The notes: generated from the letters alone by a model not told the origin. A stretch of DNA of 63,854 nucleotides, filler included, from Octopus bimaculoides (GCF_001194135.2; 7 parts of 7 records of this genome joined end to end with filler, not necessarily neighbours in it); one strand, 5' to 3'. Positions 1 through 12,320 are shown, counted from the first letter of the whole stretch. Translations and numbers: made by a program.

Positions 1-197
1 CTCTTACTTTTTGGTTTTTCATTAGAAAACTTTTTGTGGATTGTTCTTTTCTTTCCTTGAATTTATTGTGAGGGTCGTGCTTGGGCATTTGTATTTTGTT
101 TCCCTAACATTTATCGAGTTGCTTATTTGCTGGATTTATTTGTTAATTTCACTAAAGCTGTTATTTAGTTTTTGGTCAAGTTCATTTCATCGATTAA

Positions 198-403
198 TAC
201 TCTCTTTTACTTGTTTCAATCATTTGACTGCGGCCATTCTGGAGCACCGCCTTTAGTGGAGGAAATTGACCCCAGGACTTATTCTTTGGAAGCCTAGTAC
301 TTATTCTATCGGTATGTTTTGCCGAACCGCTAAGTTACGGGGACGTAAACCTACCAGCATTGGTTGTCAAGCGATGTCGGGGGGACAAAAACAGACACAA
401 ACA

Positions 404-439
<36 letters not shown>

Positions 440-610
440 TATATATACGAAGGGCTTCTTTCAGTTTCCGTCTACCAAATCCACTCGCAAGGCTTTGGTC
501 GGCCCGAGGCTATAGTAGAAGACACTTGCCCAAGGTGCCACTCAGTGGGACTGCACCCGGGACCATGTGGTTGGTAAGCAAGCTACTTACCACACAGCCA
601 CTCCTGCGCC
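198..610 (-). mobile_element. Full-length composite tRNA-derived SINE (family A: tRNA/CORE-like head, internal microsatellite, body, hairpin 3' tail)
   Basis: Reverse complement aligns end to end with the + copy at 10319-10716; head GGCGCAGGAGTGGCTGTGTGGTAAG, CORE-like CCTTGGGCAAGTGTCTTCTACTATAGCC, tail GAAACAAGTAAAAGAGAGTA. Confidence 0.9.
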
Positions 611-1161
611 TAATAGTGGATATGCAATTCATTTTGTCTTTTAAGATGTTGATGTTTGTGGTAGAACGATTTCATTGGTGTGAATTTTATTTGTAGTTAA
701 TGTCAGACGGTTTTAGGGATATATTTGTTTATGTACTTTGTTGGTTATGAGTATGTTTGCATATTTGTTTTTGTTGGTTAAGGGTATGTTTGCATATTTG
801 TTTCTGTTTTGCTGTTCCGTTATTATGTATTCTGTTATTAACTGTGATGTTTTCTTTTTATTTATCTGTTAAACTAAAGAAATTTGCATTTGTAAAGAAG
901 GTGAGGTGTGTCTCATACTACAAATAATATTTCATTGTTAAATGTCTTTTCTTGACGTGTTTTGAATTTTGTGTTCATCAAGAATGAAAGTTTTAAAATG
1001 CTGTTTATGAGGGAGAATATGATGTTGCTTATTGATTACGTCAGTTAAACTAATTAAACATTGTTGCTTGTTTATTTGGGAGTGTCACCTATTGGTATGA
1101 GTTTCCTTGTATATATGTATATATATATATATATATAGATAGATATATATATATATATATA

Positions 1162-1417
1162 TACTTGCAAAAAGACGCGTTCGTTCGATCATATAATAAT
1201 ACAAATAATATGTGAGTATATGCATATATACGTACATGTATGTACATACTTACATCTACATGTATATATAGATGCATATCTGGGTACAGGACGTCACAAA
1301 AAAAAACGTGGACAAAATGAAAAACAGAACATAAACAGAGCACAGAAAACAAACAGGCCACATAGAGAACATTTCCTTCATCAGCTGCCCCTATTCTAAA
1401 CTAAGCATTTCGAAGAG
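1162..1417. repeat. Unclassified dispersed repeat (family with copies at 32850-33045 and 63314-63475)
   Basis: Shared blocks GGGTACAGGACGT and TTGCAAAA..GACG..CGTTC.AT.AT.TAATAATACAAA with the 63314 copy; the 32850 copy is the reverse complement and shares CTGATGAAGG. Confidence 0.65.
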
Positions 1418-1446
1418 TATATATATACACATATATACATACACTT

Positions 1447-1610
1447 GACGGGCTTCTTTCAGTTTTTTTTCTACTAAGTCCACTCACAACGCTTTGATCG
1501 ACTCAAGGCTATAATAGAAGACATTTGCCCAATGTGCCGCGTAGTAGGATTGAATCTCGAACCATGTGGTTGGGAAGCAAGCTCCTTAGCACACAGCCAC
1601 AGCCGCGCCT
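1447..1610 (-). mobile_element. SINE family A, 5' head only
   Basis: Matches 447-610 and the reverse complement of 10319-10480. Confidence 0.85.
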
Positions 1611-1790
1611 TAACTATCTTTGTGATAAAATGTTGCAATACTTTCTGACAGTTCAAAAGAATAGAGTACAACTATCCAACCCAGATAGTTTTCTTTAAAA
1701 TCTGGCCAAAGAACCTCTTCACCTTCATTCACAGAAGATCCTAGTAATCCTGCTGCAATAAGAAAGTAATCGATAGAAGACTTAGAAGGG

Positions 1791-1861
1791 ATGACTGCTC
1801 GTCGTCGACGTCGTCCTGTTTCACCAGCACCACAACCGCCAGCACCACAACCACCAGCACC

Positions 1862-1892
<31 letters not shown>

Positions 1893-1939
1893 CCACCCTA
1901 CTGCACTTCACTTTGGGATAAACAATCCAACAAATTCAG
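1791..1939 (+). CDS. Candidate Arg/Pro-rich coding exon (MTARRRRRPVSPAPQPPAPQPPAPPAPPPPPPPPPPYCTSLWDKQSNKF)
   Basis: ATG after an in-frame TAA at 1767, 49 open codons, consensus donor CAG|GTGAGT at 1940; could instead be a degenerate (CCA)n repeat. Confidence 0.25.
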
Positions 1940-2520
1940 GTGAGTAATAGAGAAACTTCTCAAATTTTAATTTGTAATTGTTTAAATTTTATAATAATTC
2001 TTTCGTTTTACAAATTATTTGCGTTATTTATCACGTAATAACACCTTTAATGTCCTATTTTCGTGTTTGTTAGCTTTTAAATCTTCGTGTGAAAGAGATC
2101 TTTGAAATGAGGTGCGCAAATTTATTTCTTTGTATTTTGTTACGGTTTATTCAAATTATTTATTATCTTAGTGAACAATTATATTTATTCTGTATTGTCT
2201 TTACATTGTTTTTATATTTCATTGATTATTTTGTATTTTATTAATGCTTCAAGGAATATTTTAAGTGCAAACTTTCGGCTTTGGCGGAGGTTTCAAAACG
2301 AATTGTCCCTAAATATTTTAATTGATTTGATCACGAATGAAGTTCTGGAACAGATTATATTTATTACCGTGTGGTTAACTGTACATACATACATACATAC
2401 ATGCAAACATGCAAGCGTACATTTATATACATACGTTATGTTTATGACTCTCTCAGTACCTCCGCCCCACTTTCTCTCTATGTATACATATATAAGTGTG
2501 AAGATGTATATTTACTTTTC

Positions 2521-2700
2521 TACTCTAGGCACAAGGCCCGAAATTTTTGGAGAGGGTGCCAGTCGATTGGTACTTAATTTATCGTCGACTCTGAAAGGTA
2601 AAGTCGACCTCGGCGGAATTTGAACTCAGAGCATAGCGACGGGCGACATACCACTAAGCATTTCGCTCGGCGTGTTAACGTTTCTGCCAGCTTGCTGCCT
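2521..2700 (-). mobile_element. tRNA-derived SINE family C followed by (AAT)n
   Basis: AAAGTCGACCTCGGCGGAATTTGAACTCAG is the reverse complement of the B-box region in 32339-32573. Confidence 0.85.
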
Positions 2701-2723
2701 TAATAATGACAATAATGATGATG

Positions 2724-2783
<60 letters not shown>

Positions 2784-3561
2784 GAAATCTTTTCTTTTTG
2801 GGTTACAGGAATGGTTCCTCTTATTAATGAAATACATTTTGTTAGTTTGTGAGACTCATTTCGCTACATGTTCCATCCTTAATTTCTCTCTCAAGACCTT
2901 TTCAGGACACATTGTTCCAGAATCGTTGTTATAATGAATAGAAGCAGCTTCTTCATTCACCACCGTTTATCTCTTTTTTATTCTCATTATTTCCATATTT
3001 TCGAATCTGAAAAAGAAAAAATATAAAAAGGGAAATATCCTGTTAATCACCATAAAGTAATTTTAATGAACTGATCCTTTAACATCAATCAATATTCCGA
3101 CTACAAGGCAGAATCCCTTTATTACAGCGGCTAATCGGTTTGTTAATATCTTTCAAACCGTATTATACTCATATTTAGATGTCATATATAATGTACAGGC
3201 ATCTATAATTTCCTACCAGATTCTTTATAGCACGCATATATTTTTTATTTGAAGAAAATAGGCTCTGCTAATAGTTAGCTATAATGTTTTCATGGACCAC
3301 ATATAGAGTTAAGATAGCTAGCTAGCTAGCTATATAGATTAGACAGATAGATAATCTCTTATTAGCTGAAACCACTATAGGAATGATTTAAGGAACTAGA
3401 TTTTCGTTCCGATACCTAACGGCGCAAGCATAGCTGTGTGGTTTCGAAATTCACTTATCATTCACATGGTTTAGGGTCCAGTCGCAATTTGCAGCACCGA
3501 AACTGTGCAAAAGTCTGCCATACATACCTACAAACATACACATACATATACATACATACAT

Positions 3562-3890
3562 GATGGCTGCCCCCTCGTTATCGAGTATGGCCATTGCACG
3601 AAGTTTAACTTAACGGTGCTGTAATCGAATGTGACTTTTTAGCCCAGTCAAAGATCTACAATGTCTTGCACAGAGTTGGCATCCAAAACCTTTACTGGCA
3701 ATAGCTGTCTATTGTTGTAATTGGGCTCCATGTACTTTTGCGTGTCATTTAAGTCCTCCTGCTGAATCACACTCCCTTCCACATGCCCGACAGACATGAC
3801 TAGTATGGTGTGTAGCATCATCACCAGCGGCCTGGTAGTCAATCATCGATCTTGCTTTATGACTACGAAGATGACTCATGAGTTCAGCTT
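3562..3890 (-). mobile_element. 3' end of an RTE-type LINE with tandem C2H2 zinc fingers (decayed)
   Basis: Single frame 3888->3610: AELMSHLRSH...VCRACGRECDSAGGLK*HAKVH...FGCQLCARHCRSLTGLKSHIRLQHR*; short 3' UTR running into a (TATG)n tail. Confidence 0.75.
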
Positions 3891-4226
3891 TATACATACA
3901 TACATACATACGTATGTATGTGTCTCACAGTTAACCTATATTGGTTTGTTTACATCTCTGTAACTTAACAGTTCGCAAAAAAGAGAGACCCATAAAATAA
4001 GTACCAGGCACCAAGAGAAATAAATATTGTGCCTCGATTTGATCGACTAAACCCTTCACAAAACTAATTTTGCGTAATGATGTATTACTCATATTTTCTT
4101 CTACAATTCCAACCAGTACATGACCTTTTCTTATACCGTTCCCTCTAGTATGACCTTCCTGCATGAATTAGTGCCCCACGTTAAATTAAATTTTTTATGA
4201 AAATTACTTAGGAAGGTAAGGACTTA

Positions 4227-5436
4227 TACAGGGTGTTCGGGCAAAATTTGACAGTTTGCATAAAGAGAAAGTAAACACATTATCCTATCCAAAAATAAAG
4301 ATATTAAAAAAAAGAATAACAACTAGATTATGGCTGGAAGATAATAGTTTCCTCAAAGTAGCCACCCTCACCTTTTGCCTGGACTCAGCTTCGAGTACAG
4401 CCTCAGCTTCGACCACAGCCTCAAGACGGCTCTAGAACCAGGCGCATGCTTTCTCCGTTGTGTTCCTGGGAAGATCTTAGCGGTATTTCGTCTGCCGTTA
4501 CGTTCTGAGTTCAAATTCCGCCGAGGTCGACTTTGCCTTTCGTCCTTTCGGGGTCGATAAATTAAGTACCAGTTACGCACTGGGTCGATGTAATCGACTT
4601 AACCCCTTTGTTTGTCCTCTCTATGTTTAGCCCCTTGTGGGCAATAAAGAAATTGAACATCCTGATATTAGCCACCAGCTCGGCCTTAGTGATGCAGNNN
4701 NNNNNNNGGGTCGATAAATTAAGTACCAGTTACGCACTGGGTCGATGTAATCGACTTAACCCCTTTGTTTGTCCTCTCTATGTTTAGCCCCTTGTGGGCA
4801 ATAAAGAAATTGAACATCCTGATATTAGCCACCAGCTCGGCCTTGGTGATGCAGGCAGAGCGATTGATGTCTTTCTCAAGCCGCTCCCCACACATAGTAA
4901 TCCATGAGATTATAATCAGGAGAATTAGAAGGCCAGAAATTGGGGCCAGTGTGAAATCGAAGAAATTCTTCGACAACCACTTCTGGATCTTTCTGGAGGT
5001 ATGGCAAGGAACTGAACCCTCTCCAGCCAGGGTTTGCCCGCAGTCTCAAGCAGCCTCGCATAGCCGTTTGAATTGAGCCTAAGGCTCTATTCAAATATAT
5101 AAAGAAGCATTCCGTCGTGCAGATTCAGTCAGGATGTTTGCTGAGTGCCTTCTTACTGGCCACGGCTTTGTACTCTCTGTTGCAGCTGTCAATGTCACAT
5201 CTTACAGCGTTTACAGTGTTCAAAGAGCATTAAGCATCTATCATTTTGATACGTGGCGTGAATCATCATGACACAGGTAACTCTTTTCCAAAATTCAGAT
5301 GGCTTCCAGTCCCCATGCCAGCTAACTTTTCCTCAACTACAAATTTAGTCTTTATGCTCTCCAACGCTGTCAATTGTTCACCAGTACAAGAAGCTGTTCC
5401 TGAAAGTCAACAAATTTAGCCCGAATTCTCTGTGTA
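4227..5436 (-). mobile_element. Internally deleted Tc1/mariner DD37D (maT)-like transposon with a SINE inserted
   Basis: Transposase remnant PNFWPSNSPDYNLMDYYVWG...ACITKAELVANIRMF; imperfect TIRs TACAGGGTGTTCGGGCAAAATTTG (4227) and CAAATTTAGCCCGAATTCTCTGTGTA (ends 5436). Confidence 0.8.
4477..4653 (+). mobile_element. 5'-truncated SINE family C inserted in the transposase
   Basis: Matches 32381-32573 and interrupts the minus-strand transposase frame between MF and LPRN. Confidence 0.85.
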
Positions 5437-5440
5437 ATGC

Positions 5441-5655
5441 ATTCTAATATAGGCACAAGGCCCCACATTTTCTGAGGAGGATGCTAGTCGATATAATCAA
5501 CCCAGTACTTGACTGATATTTTATTATATCGACGCCGAGAAGACGGAAGGCAAATTTTACCTCAACAGGATTTTGAAACCAAATCGTAAAGAACTGGAAG
5601 AAATGCCGCCAAGCATTTTGTGCGACACTCTAACGATTCTGCTCGCTCGCTGCCT
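5441..5655 (-). mobile_element. SINE family C (diverged)
   Basis: AGGCACAAGGCC tail and GGCAAATTTTACCTCAACAGGATTTTGAA B-box region. Confidence 0.75.
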
Positions 5656-5734
5656 TCAGGATGTATATAATGAAATTATATTGGACCTTGGTACATTATG
5701 ACTCATATTTTCTGCTTACTGATAACACAAAATC

Positions 5735-6250
5735 TATCTTACTATATGTATGTGAGGGCTGGCCAGTGTCAATACGAAATTTATTAAAACGATATAACAT
5801 TTCATTGAGATAATTTTTCTATTGTCAACAGCACATTTTATACCACCACGACGACCTCGCATTTTGTATATGACTGTGCATCTTTCTGTGAGTGTATGTG
5901 TGTAAGTGCATGAGTGTGTATATGTCTGATAGTGTGTCTGTCTTTCCGCGTTAGGTACGTTGTTAAACATACACACATCTACACATACATATACATATGT
6001 AACGACTGACATGCGTGAATGTATGTCTCTGTGTGGCTATCTTAGTATATGTATGTGAGTGTATGTGAGGAACATTTTAGACGACGACATCACATTTTGT
6101 ATATGAGTGTATATCTGTGTATATCTGTGTATGTGCCTGTGAGTGTGTATGCTTCCGCGTTACGTTCGTTATTAAACATGCACACACATCTACACACACA
6201 CACACACATATATACATATGTGACGACTGACATGCTTGAATGAATGTATA
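5735..6250. repeat. Diverged direct duplication (~300-bp period) in TG-rich DNA
   Basis: CTATCTTA.TATATGTATGTGAG, ACGACGAC.TC.CATTTTGTATATGA, CTTCCGCGTTA and ACGACTGACATGC each occur twice in the same order. Confidence 0.75.
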
Positions 6251-6599
6251 TGAGTGCTAGAGGTGAAACTCTTGAAAATAAACAATGAGGTGTCAAAGGT
6301 CCAAGGCATATATAAAAATATACATTGAAACAAGTGAAAGATAAAAGATTCTTGCTGGAGAAGTTTTTCACAAATAAATAAACGCTCTTCCTGGTATCGA
6401 ACCCTTGTCTCATATTCACTTTCGTTATTTATATACTGCATGTTGAAAGTTTTTGAGAGGCGGCGACAGTTGAAAATGTAATTCAGTTTGGCTATTTCGC
6501 CTCTTAACAGCAGACAGAATTATTGAATTCTTGAAACTTCACAAGGAGAGAGGCAAATGAGATTAAGAAATGAATTAGAATATTGGATGGCAGGTAGTT

Positions 6600-6899
6600 A
6601 TAGGAGGAGAGGGGAATGGAGAGGGGAATGAAGGGAGAGAGGGAGAGAGAGAGAGAGGGAGAAAGAGTGAGAGAGAGGGAGAGAGAGAGGGAGAGGAAGA
6701 GCAAGAGAGAAGGAGAGAGAAAGAGAGAGGGAGAAAAAGAGTGAGAGATAGGGAGAGAGAGAGAATATGTGTGATAAAAGAGGAGACGTGAGATGGGGAG
6801 AGAGCAAGGAAAAAGAAAGCAAGAGAAGAGAGAAAGAGAGAATGTGTATGAAAAAGAAAGAGGGTGATAGAGTGGAGAGGAGAAGAGAAGAAGAGATAA

Positions 6900-6938
<39 letters not shown>

Positions 6939-7345
6939 AACAGACAGAGTGAGAGAGTGGAAAAGGCAAGTGGTAGAAGACAGAGTGAAGAGTAATAGAA
7001 ACGAGAGAGAATGAAAGAGCGGGAACGAGAACAGCAGAGGTAGGGAAAGAGAGATAGAAAAGAGAGAGAGAGAGAGAGAGAGAAAGAGCAGAGAGAGAGA
7101 GAGAGAGGGTATGAGAGAGAACGAGCAATGTATGAAAACAGAGAGTGTGTATATGTGTGTAAGAAAGAGGGTGTGAGTAGAGACAGAGAGTGTATGTGTG
7201 TGCGTGTGTATGTATGTGTATGTATGTTTATGTTGTATATGCGCGTTTGTGTGTGTGTATGTGTATGTATGTACGTGTGCTTGCATGTGTATACGAATGT
7301 GTGTGTGTGTCTGTGTGCGTCTGCGTGTGCCTGAGTGTCTAACTT
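6600..7345. repeat. (GA)n-rich followed by (TG)n-rich low-complexity tract
   Basis: Direct reading. Confidence 0.9.
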
Positions 7346-7829
7346 GACGTATGTGAACTGACCGAATTTCCACTGAAGGTTTCTAGTGGTTTGCTATATC
7401 ATCATCGTACGTGGGTGTCATTACCTGGAGGTGACACTGATCGATGTTCAATAACCTCGATTTCCACTCTTATTAAGACTATTTTTTTTTCCTTTCTTAA
7501 TTTCTCTTATTATATTCACATTCGTTTTTGCATTCCATTTATCTATGTCTGTATTAACAATATTTTGTATATTTTCTGCCCCTTGCAGCAAATAAAGAAA
7601 TTTATTTGCAATATTCCTTTTTCTGTATTCGTTATATTAAACATTTCTTCTGAGTTTTTGATGTATTTATTTTGATTTATGACTTCTCGTCTTCATTTAG
7701 TTCCAGCAACAACAACGGTAGTAGTAGTAGTAGTAGTAGTAATAGTAGTGGCGGTTGTGAAAGAACAAGTGCGCGCGCGAGCGCAGACACACATACACAC
7801 ATATATATGTATATATATGTGTGTGTGTA

Positions 7830-8001
7830 TACTCTTTTACTCTTTTACTTGTTTCAGTCATTTGACTGCGGCCATGCTGGAGCACCACCTTTAGTCGAAC
7901 AAATCAACCCCAGGACTTATTCTTTGTAAGCCTAGTACTTATTCTATCGGTCTCTTTTGCCGAGCCGCTAGGTTACGGGGACGTAAACACACCAACATCG
8001 G
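7830..8001 (-). mobile_element. SINE family A, 3' half, cut by a gap
   Basis: Nearly identical to 198-370. Confidence 0.9.
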
Positions 8002-8933
8002 NNNNNNNNNNNNNNNNNNNNNNNNNNNNNNNNNNNNNNNNNNNNNNNNNNNNNNNNNNNNNNNNNNNNNNNNNNNNNNNNNNNNNNNNNNNNNNNNNNN
8101 NNNNNNNNNNNNNNNNNNNNNNNNNNNNNNNNNNNNNNNNNNNNNNNNNNNNNNNNNNNNNNNNNNNNNNNNNNNNNNNNNNNNNNNNNNNNNNNNNNNN
8201 NNNNNNNNNNNNNNNNNNNNNNNNNNNNNNNNNNNNNNNNNNNNNNNNNNNNNNNNNNNNNNNNNNNNNNNNNNNNNNNNNNNNNNNNNNNNNNNNNNNN
8301 NNNNNNNNNNNNNNNNNNNNNNNNNNNNNNNNNNNNNNNNNNNNNNNNNNNNNNNNNNNNNNNNNNNNNNNNNNNNNNNNNNNNNNNNNNNNNNNNNNNN
8401 NNNNNNNNNNNNNNNNNNNNNNNNNNNNNNNNNNNNNNNNNNNNNNNNNNNNNNNNNNNNNNNNNNNNNNNNNNNNNNNNNNNNNNNNNNNNNNNNNNNN
8501 NNNNNNNNNNNNNNNNNNNNNNNNNNNNNNNNNNNNNNNNNNNNNNNNNNNNNNNNNNNNNNNNNNNNNNNNNNNNNNNNNNNNNNNNNNNNNNNNNNNN
8601 NNNNNNNNNNNNNNNNNNNNNNNNNNNNNNNNNNNNNNNNNNNNNNNNNNNNNNNNNNNNNNNNNNNNNNNNNNNNNNNNNNNNNNNNNNNNNNNNNNNN
8701 NNNNNNNNNNNNNNNNNNNNNNNNNNNNNNNNNNNNNNNNNNNNNNNNNNNNNNNNNNNNNNNNNNNNNNNNNNNNNNNNNNNNNNNNNNNNNNNNNNNN
8801 NNNNNNNNNNNNNNNNNNNNNNNNNNNNNNNNNNNNNNNNNNNNNNNNNNNNNNNNNNNNNNNNNNNNNNNNNNNNNNNNNNNNNNNNNNNNNNNNNNNN
8901 NNNNNNNNNNNNNNNNNNNNNNNNNNNNNNNNN

Positions 8934-9011
<78 letters not shown>

Positions 9012-9320
9012 GTGTGTAAGTGTATCTTAAAATATGCTCTTACTTAAATTCCCCTGTAGTAATGAATAGATGTGTTTTATTTATCTATTTTTAATTTTGT
9101 CAATATAATTTTTTTTTAAATCTGAAAAACGTTTCTGAAGCTGGTATTTGAAATAGTTTACATCAGGGTTTTCCAACAAAGGATTACCCACAGCAGAACC
9201 GAAGTTAAGCCCTGAGTAGCTGGGGCACTTCAGATTCGGTGAATCCCTCCAACTCAGAAATTAAGATACATGGCAGGTCACAACATTCACAGGTCAAAGT
9301 CTCTATATTGCTCGCAATTA

Positions 9321-9530
9321 AGGCAGTGAGAAGGTACAATCGTTACTGTTCCGGAGAAAATGCTTAGCAGCATTTCTTCCGAGTTAACGTTCTCAGTTCA
9401 AATATCATCGGGTTCGACTTTGCCTTCTGTCCTTCCGGGTCGATAAAATAAATACCAGTTGATTACTGGGGTTGATGTAATCGATTAACCCTTTCCCTGA
9501 AATTACTGGCCTTGTGCCAAAATTTGAAAC
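9321..9530 (+). mobile_element. SINE family C (diverged)
   Basis: TGCTTAGCAGCATTTC...GTTCAAAT...GTCGATAAAATAAATACCAG...GGCCTTGTGCCAAAATTTGAAAC. Confidence 0.8.
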
Positions 9531-10074
9531 TTATATTGCATGTAATCGGAAATGACAAGTTAAATATACATATAAAGGATAAATGCAAAAAATATATCCT
9601 GTATTTTGGAATTTGGTTTGCAAGATTCTTGATGTGAAATCGTGTATTAAAAACCGATTTGATTGTATCTTGGGAGGGTTGTTATGCCAATAATAAACAC
9701 ACGCACTGATTTTGTTTAACTTCTTTTATCATTATTAGTGAAACTAATTAACTATAGACAGACCTGGAATAGTGAAAGTATATCATTGATGAAGCTGCAA
9801 TGGCGACGAAAGGACTCTAGTGACCAAACTAACTGACTGACCGAACGATTAATCAGACAATCGATTAGTTAACCGGATAAATAGTTAGCAAATTATATTA
9901 AAAGTAATGAAATAGAACCAGTGCATGTATTTATAATTAGTATAATGACCTTCTGAAGATATAACAAATGCTACATATACATAAGTGTATATGGCAGTGC
10001 CCCAGCATGACCACAGCTTCAAGGCTGAAACAGATAAAAGAATAAATGTGGCTAGTCCACATTACTCCATAAGG

Positions 10075-10275
10075 AGTATAGGACCGGTTTCTCGGTTTCT
10101 CTGATGTATATATTCCCCCCTGGACAGGACACCGGTCCATTACAGGATTAATCATTTTTACCACCTGAGTGGACTGGACTGACGTGAAATGAAGTGTTTT
10201 GCTCAAGAACTCAACGCATCACCCGGCTCAGTAATCTTATGATCATGAGTCCAAAACCCTAACCACTAAGCCATA
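10075..10275 (-). mobile_element. tRNA-derived SINE family D head with an alternative 3' body
   Basis: Reverse complement starts TGGCTTAGTGGTTAGGG and shares TTGAGCAA...ATTTCAC...AGTCCACT.AG.TGG.AAAAATGA with 57243-57570, then diverges. Confidence 0.7.
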
Positions 10276-10318
10276 CACCCCCACAGTTATACATAAATGC
10301 TTTATAGAAATATACATA

Positions 10319-10716
10319 GGCGTAGGAGTGGTTGTGTGGTAGGTAGCTTGCTTACCAACCACATGGTCCCGGGTTCAGTCCCACTGCGTGGCATCTTGGG
10401 CAAGTGTCTTCTACTATAGCCTCGGGCCGACCAAAGCCTTGCGAGTGGATTTGGTAGACAGAAACTGAAAGAAGCCCGTCGTATACATGTATGTGTGTAT
10501 GTGTTTGTGTGTCTGTGTTTGTCCCCCCAACATCGCTTGACAACCGATGCTGGTGTGTTTATGTCCCCGTAACTTAGCGGTTCGGCAAAAGAGACGGATA
10601 GAATAAGTACTAGGCTTCTAAAGAATACGTCTTGGGTCGATTTGCTCGACTAAAGGTGGTGCTCCAGCATGGCCACAGTCAAAAGACTGAAACAAGTAAA
10701 AGAGTAAAAAAGAGTA
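10319..10716 (+). mobile_element. Full-length composite SINE family A
   Basis: tRNA-like A/B boxes (TGGTTGTGTGG, GGTTCAGTCCC), internal TG tract, tail CAGTCAAAAGACTGAAACAAGTAAAAGAGTA. Confidence 0.9.
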
Positions 10717-10805
10717 TAGATTCATGAGCGTTAAATGTATTATATGAATGTTAAATATACATAGACTCATGAATTTTAAATATAATATATGAATGTTAAA
10801 TGTAA

Positions 10806-11065
10806 TACGAGGGTGAGTCAAAAAGTAATGCCATTTTGTTTAGGACGGGTATAATTACTAACACAGGAACATGTATCATACATCAAAATGAAGCTGGTCC
10901 TCTGTGGATCACATCCCTACTTCTCAACATAGTCACCGTTTCTCTCAATAGCAAAGTTCCACCTTCGAATGAGAGCATGTATCCCTGCCCCGTAAAATTC
11001 TGTTGACTGTTCTTTGATCCACTTCTTCACTACAGTTTTCACTTCCTCGGCACTGGAATAAACTT
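10806..11065 (-). mobile_element. mariner transposon 3' fragment with TIR
   Basis: C-terminus EEVKTVVKKWIKEQSTEFYGAGIHALIRRWNFAIERNGDYVEK*; TIR TACGAGGGTGAGTCAAAAAGTAATGCC at 10806. Confidence 0.9.
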
Positions 11066-11306
11066 CGGCCCCATGATAAAGTGTTTGAGAGGCAAACCTC
11101 CTCTTCTTATTTGGAGTTGGTTGCAATTGTCCCGGGATGTTTACATTCTCTCGAAGTGAAGTAATTTTAAATAAATCAGGAATCCATCTTGCATGATATT
11201 ATTTAANNNNNNNNNNNNNNNNNNNNNNNNNNNNNNNNNNNNNNNNNNNNTTAATTAATTAANNNNNNNNNNNNNNNNNNNNNNNNNNNNNNNNNNNNNN
11301 NNNNNN

Positions 11307-11344
<38 letters not shown>

Positions 11345-11345
<1 letters not shown>

Positions 11346-12272
11346 CACCCAGGCCTATTCCCCATTTTTTTAGGAGGGGATAACCACAATCAGGCACACA
11401 CCAAGCATACTATTCATTTCCTAACTCAAAGAGGCGAGTCCCGTCCTATGCTTTTGTCTAGGCGTAGAACGCAACCCTCAATATCAGTAGCGGAGCCCGA
11501 CAGTATGTGCTGGTTTAGCCCCGCGGCATCATGCTGGTTCTGTACCCTTTTAAGGAACATCAAATTCACTCATCCGTCGACAAACACTCTCAGCATTCCT
11601 ATCATTTATAAACTATCTTCCCTTTCGAACACCTTTCACCACCAAAGCTTTCCTCAGTCTATCCATCCGCACAGGCCGAGGTCTGCCACTGATATTTCTG
11701 CCTTCATCACACTCCTTGTCATGCGTTCCTCATCCATACTCTCCGTGTGGCAAAACCACATCAACATTCGTCTATCCATTTTGGTTGTTGGTTTTTCTCT
11801 CACTCCTGCTCGCCTACGCACTTCTCCATTCCTTATCCAGCCCATCCATGCCACACCAACTATAGCCTTTAGGCATCTCATCTCAACCACATCTAGTCGC
11901 CTCTTTTCAGCCTCTCTAAGCCCCCACGTCTCTGCACCATATAACATTGTCGTCACAATCATGCCCTTATACACACCTCTTCTCGCTTTCATACTCAATC
12001 GTTTTGTATATCCCACTTCCTCAACCAACGGTCACATGTGATCCCAGATATTAAAAACACTCACCCCTTCTAACATCACACTATTTATACTCACATCATC
12101 CTACCAGCCATTCCATCTCTCGAACATCTCATCACCTTACTTTTAGCTACATTCACTTTCACTTTCCTCCTCTCACACACGCTTTCACATTCTACCACCA
12201 GTCTCCTCAGTTGTTCTTCCGAATCCGCCACCAGTGCTGTATCATCAGCAAACAACAACTGACTCACCAATA
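11345..12272 (-). mobile_element. RTE-clade LINE, RT C-terminal half plus 3' UTR (frameshifted)
   Basis: VSQLLFADDTALVADSEEQLRRLV..CERRKVKVNVAKSKVM and TMLYGAETWGLREAEKRRLDVVEMRCL..IRNGEVRRR. Confidence 0.9.
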
Positions 12273-12282
12273 GACATACATC

Positions 12283-12320
<38 letters not shown>

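Noticed and set aside
4551-4854. 147-bp direct repeat flanking a 10-N gap
   Set aside because: Copies are identical except A4688/G4845 and abut the gap; most likely an unmerged contig overlap between haplotypes.
6504-7373. Long ORFs over GA/TG tracts (also 22363-22711, 23757-24586, 46037-46631, 52977-53249)
   Set aside because: Translations of microsatellites (SLSL, HTHT, poly-I, poly-D); stop-free only because of repeat composition.
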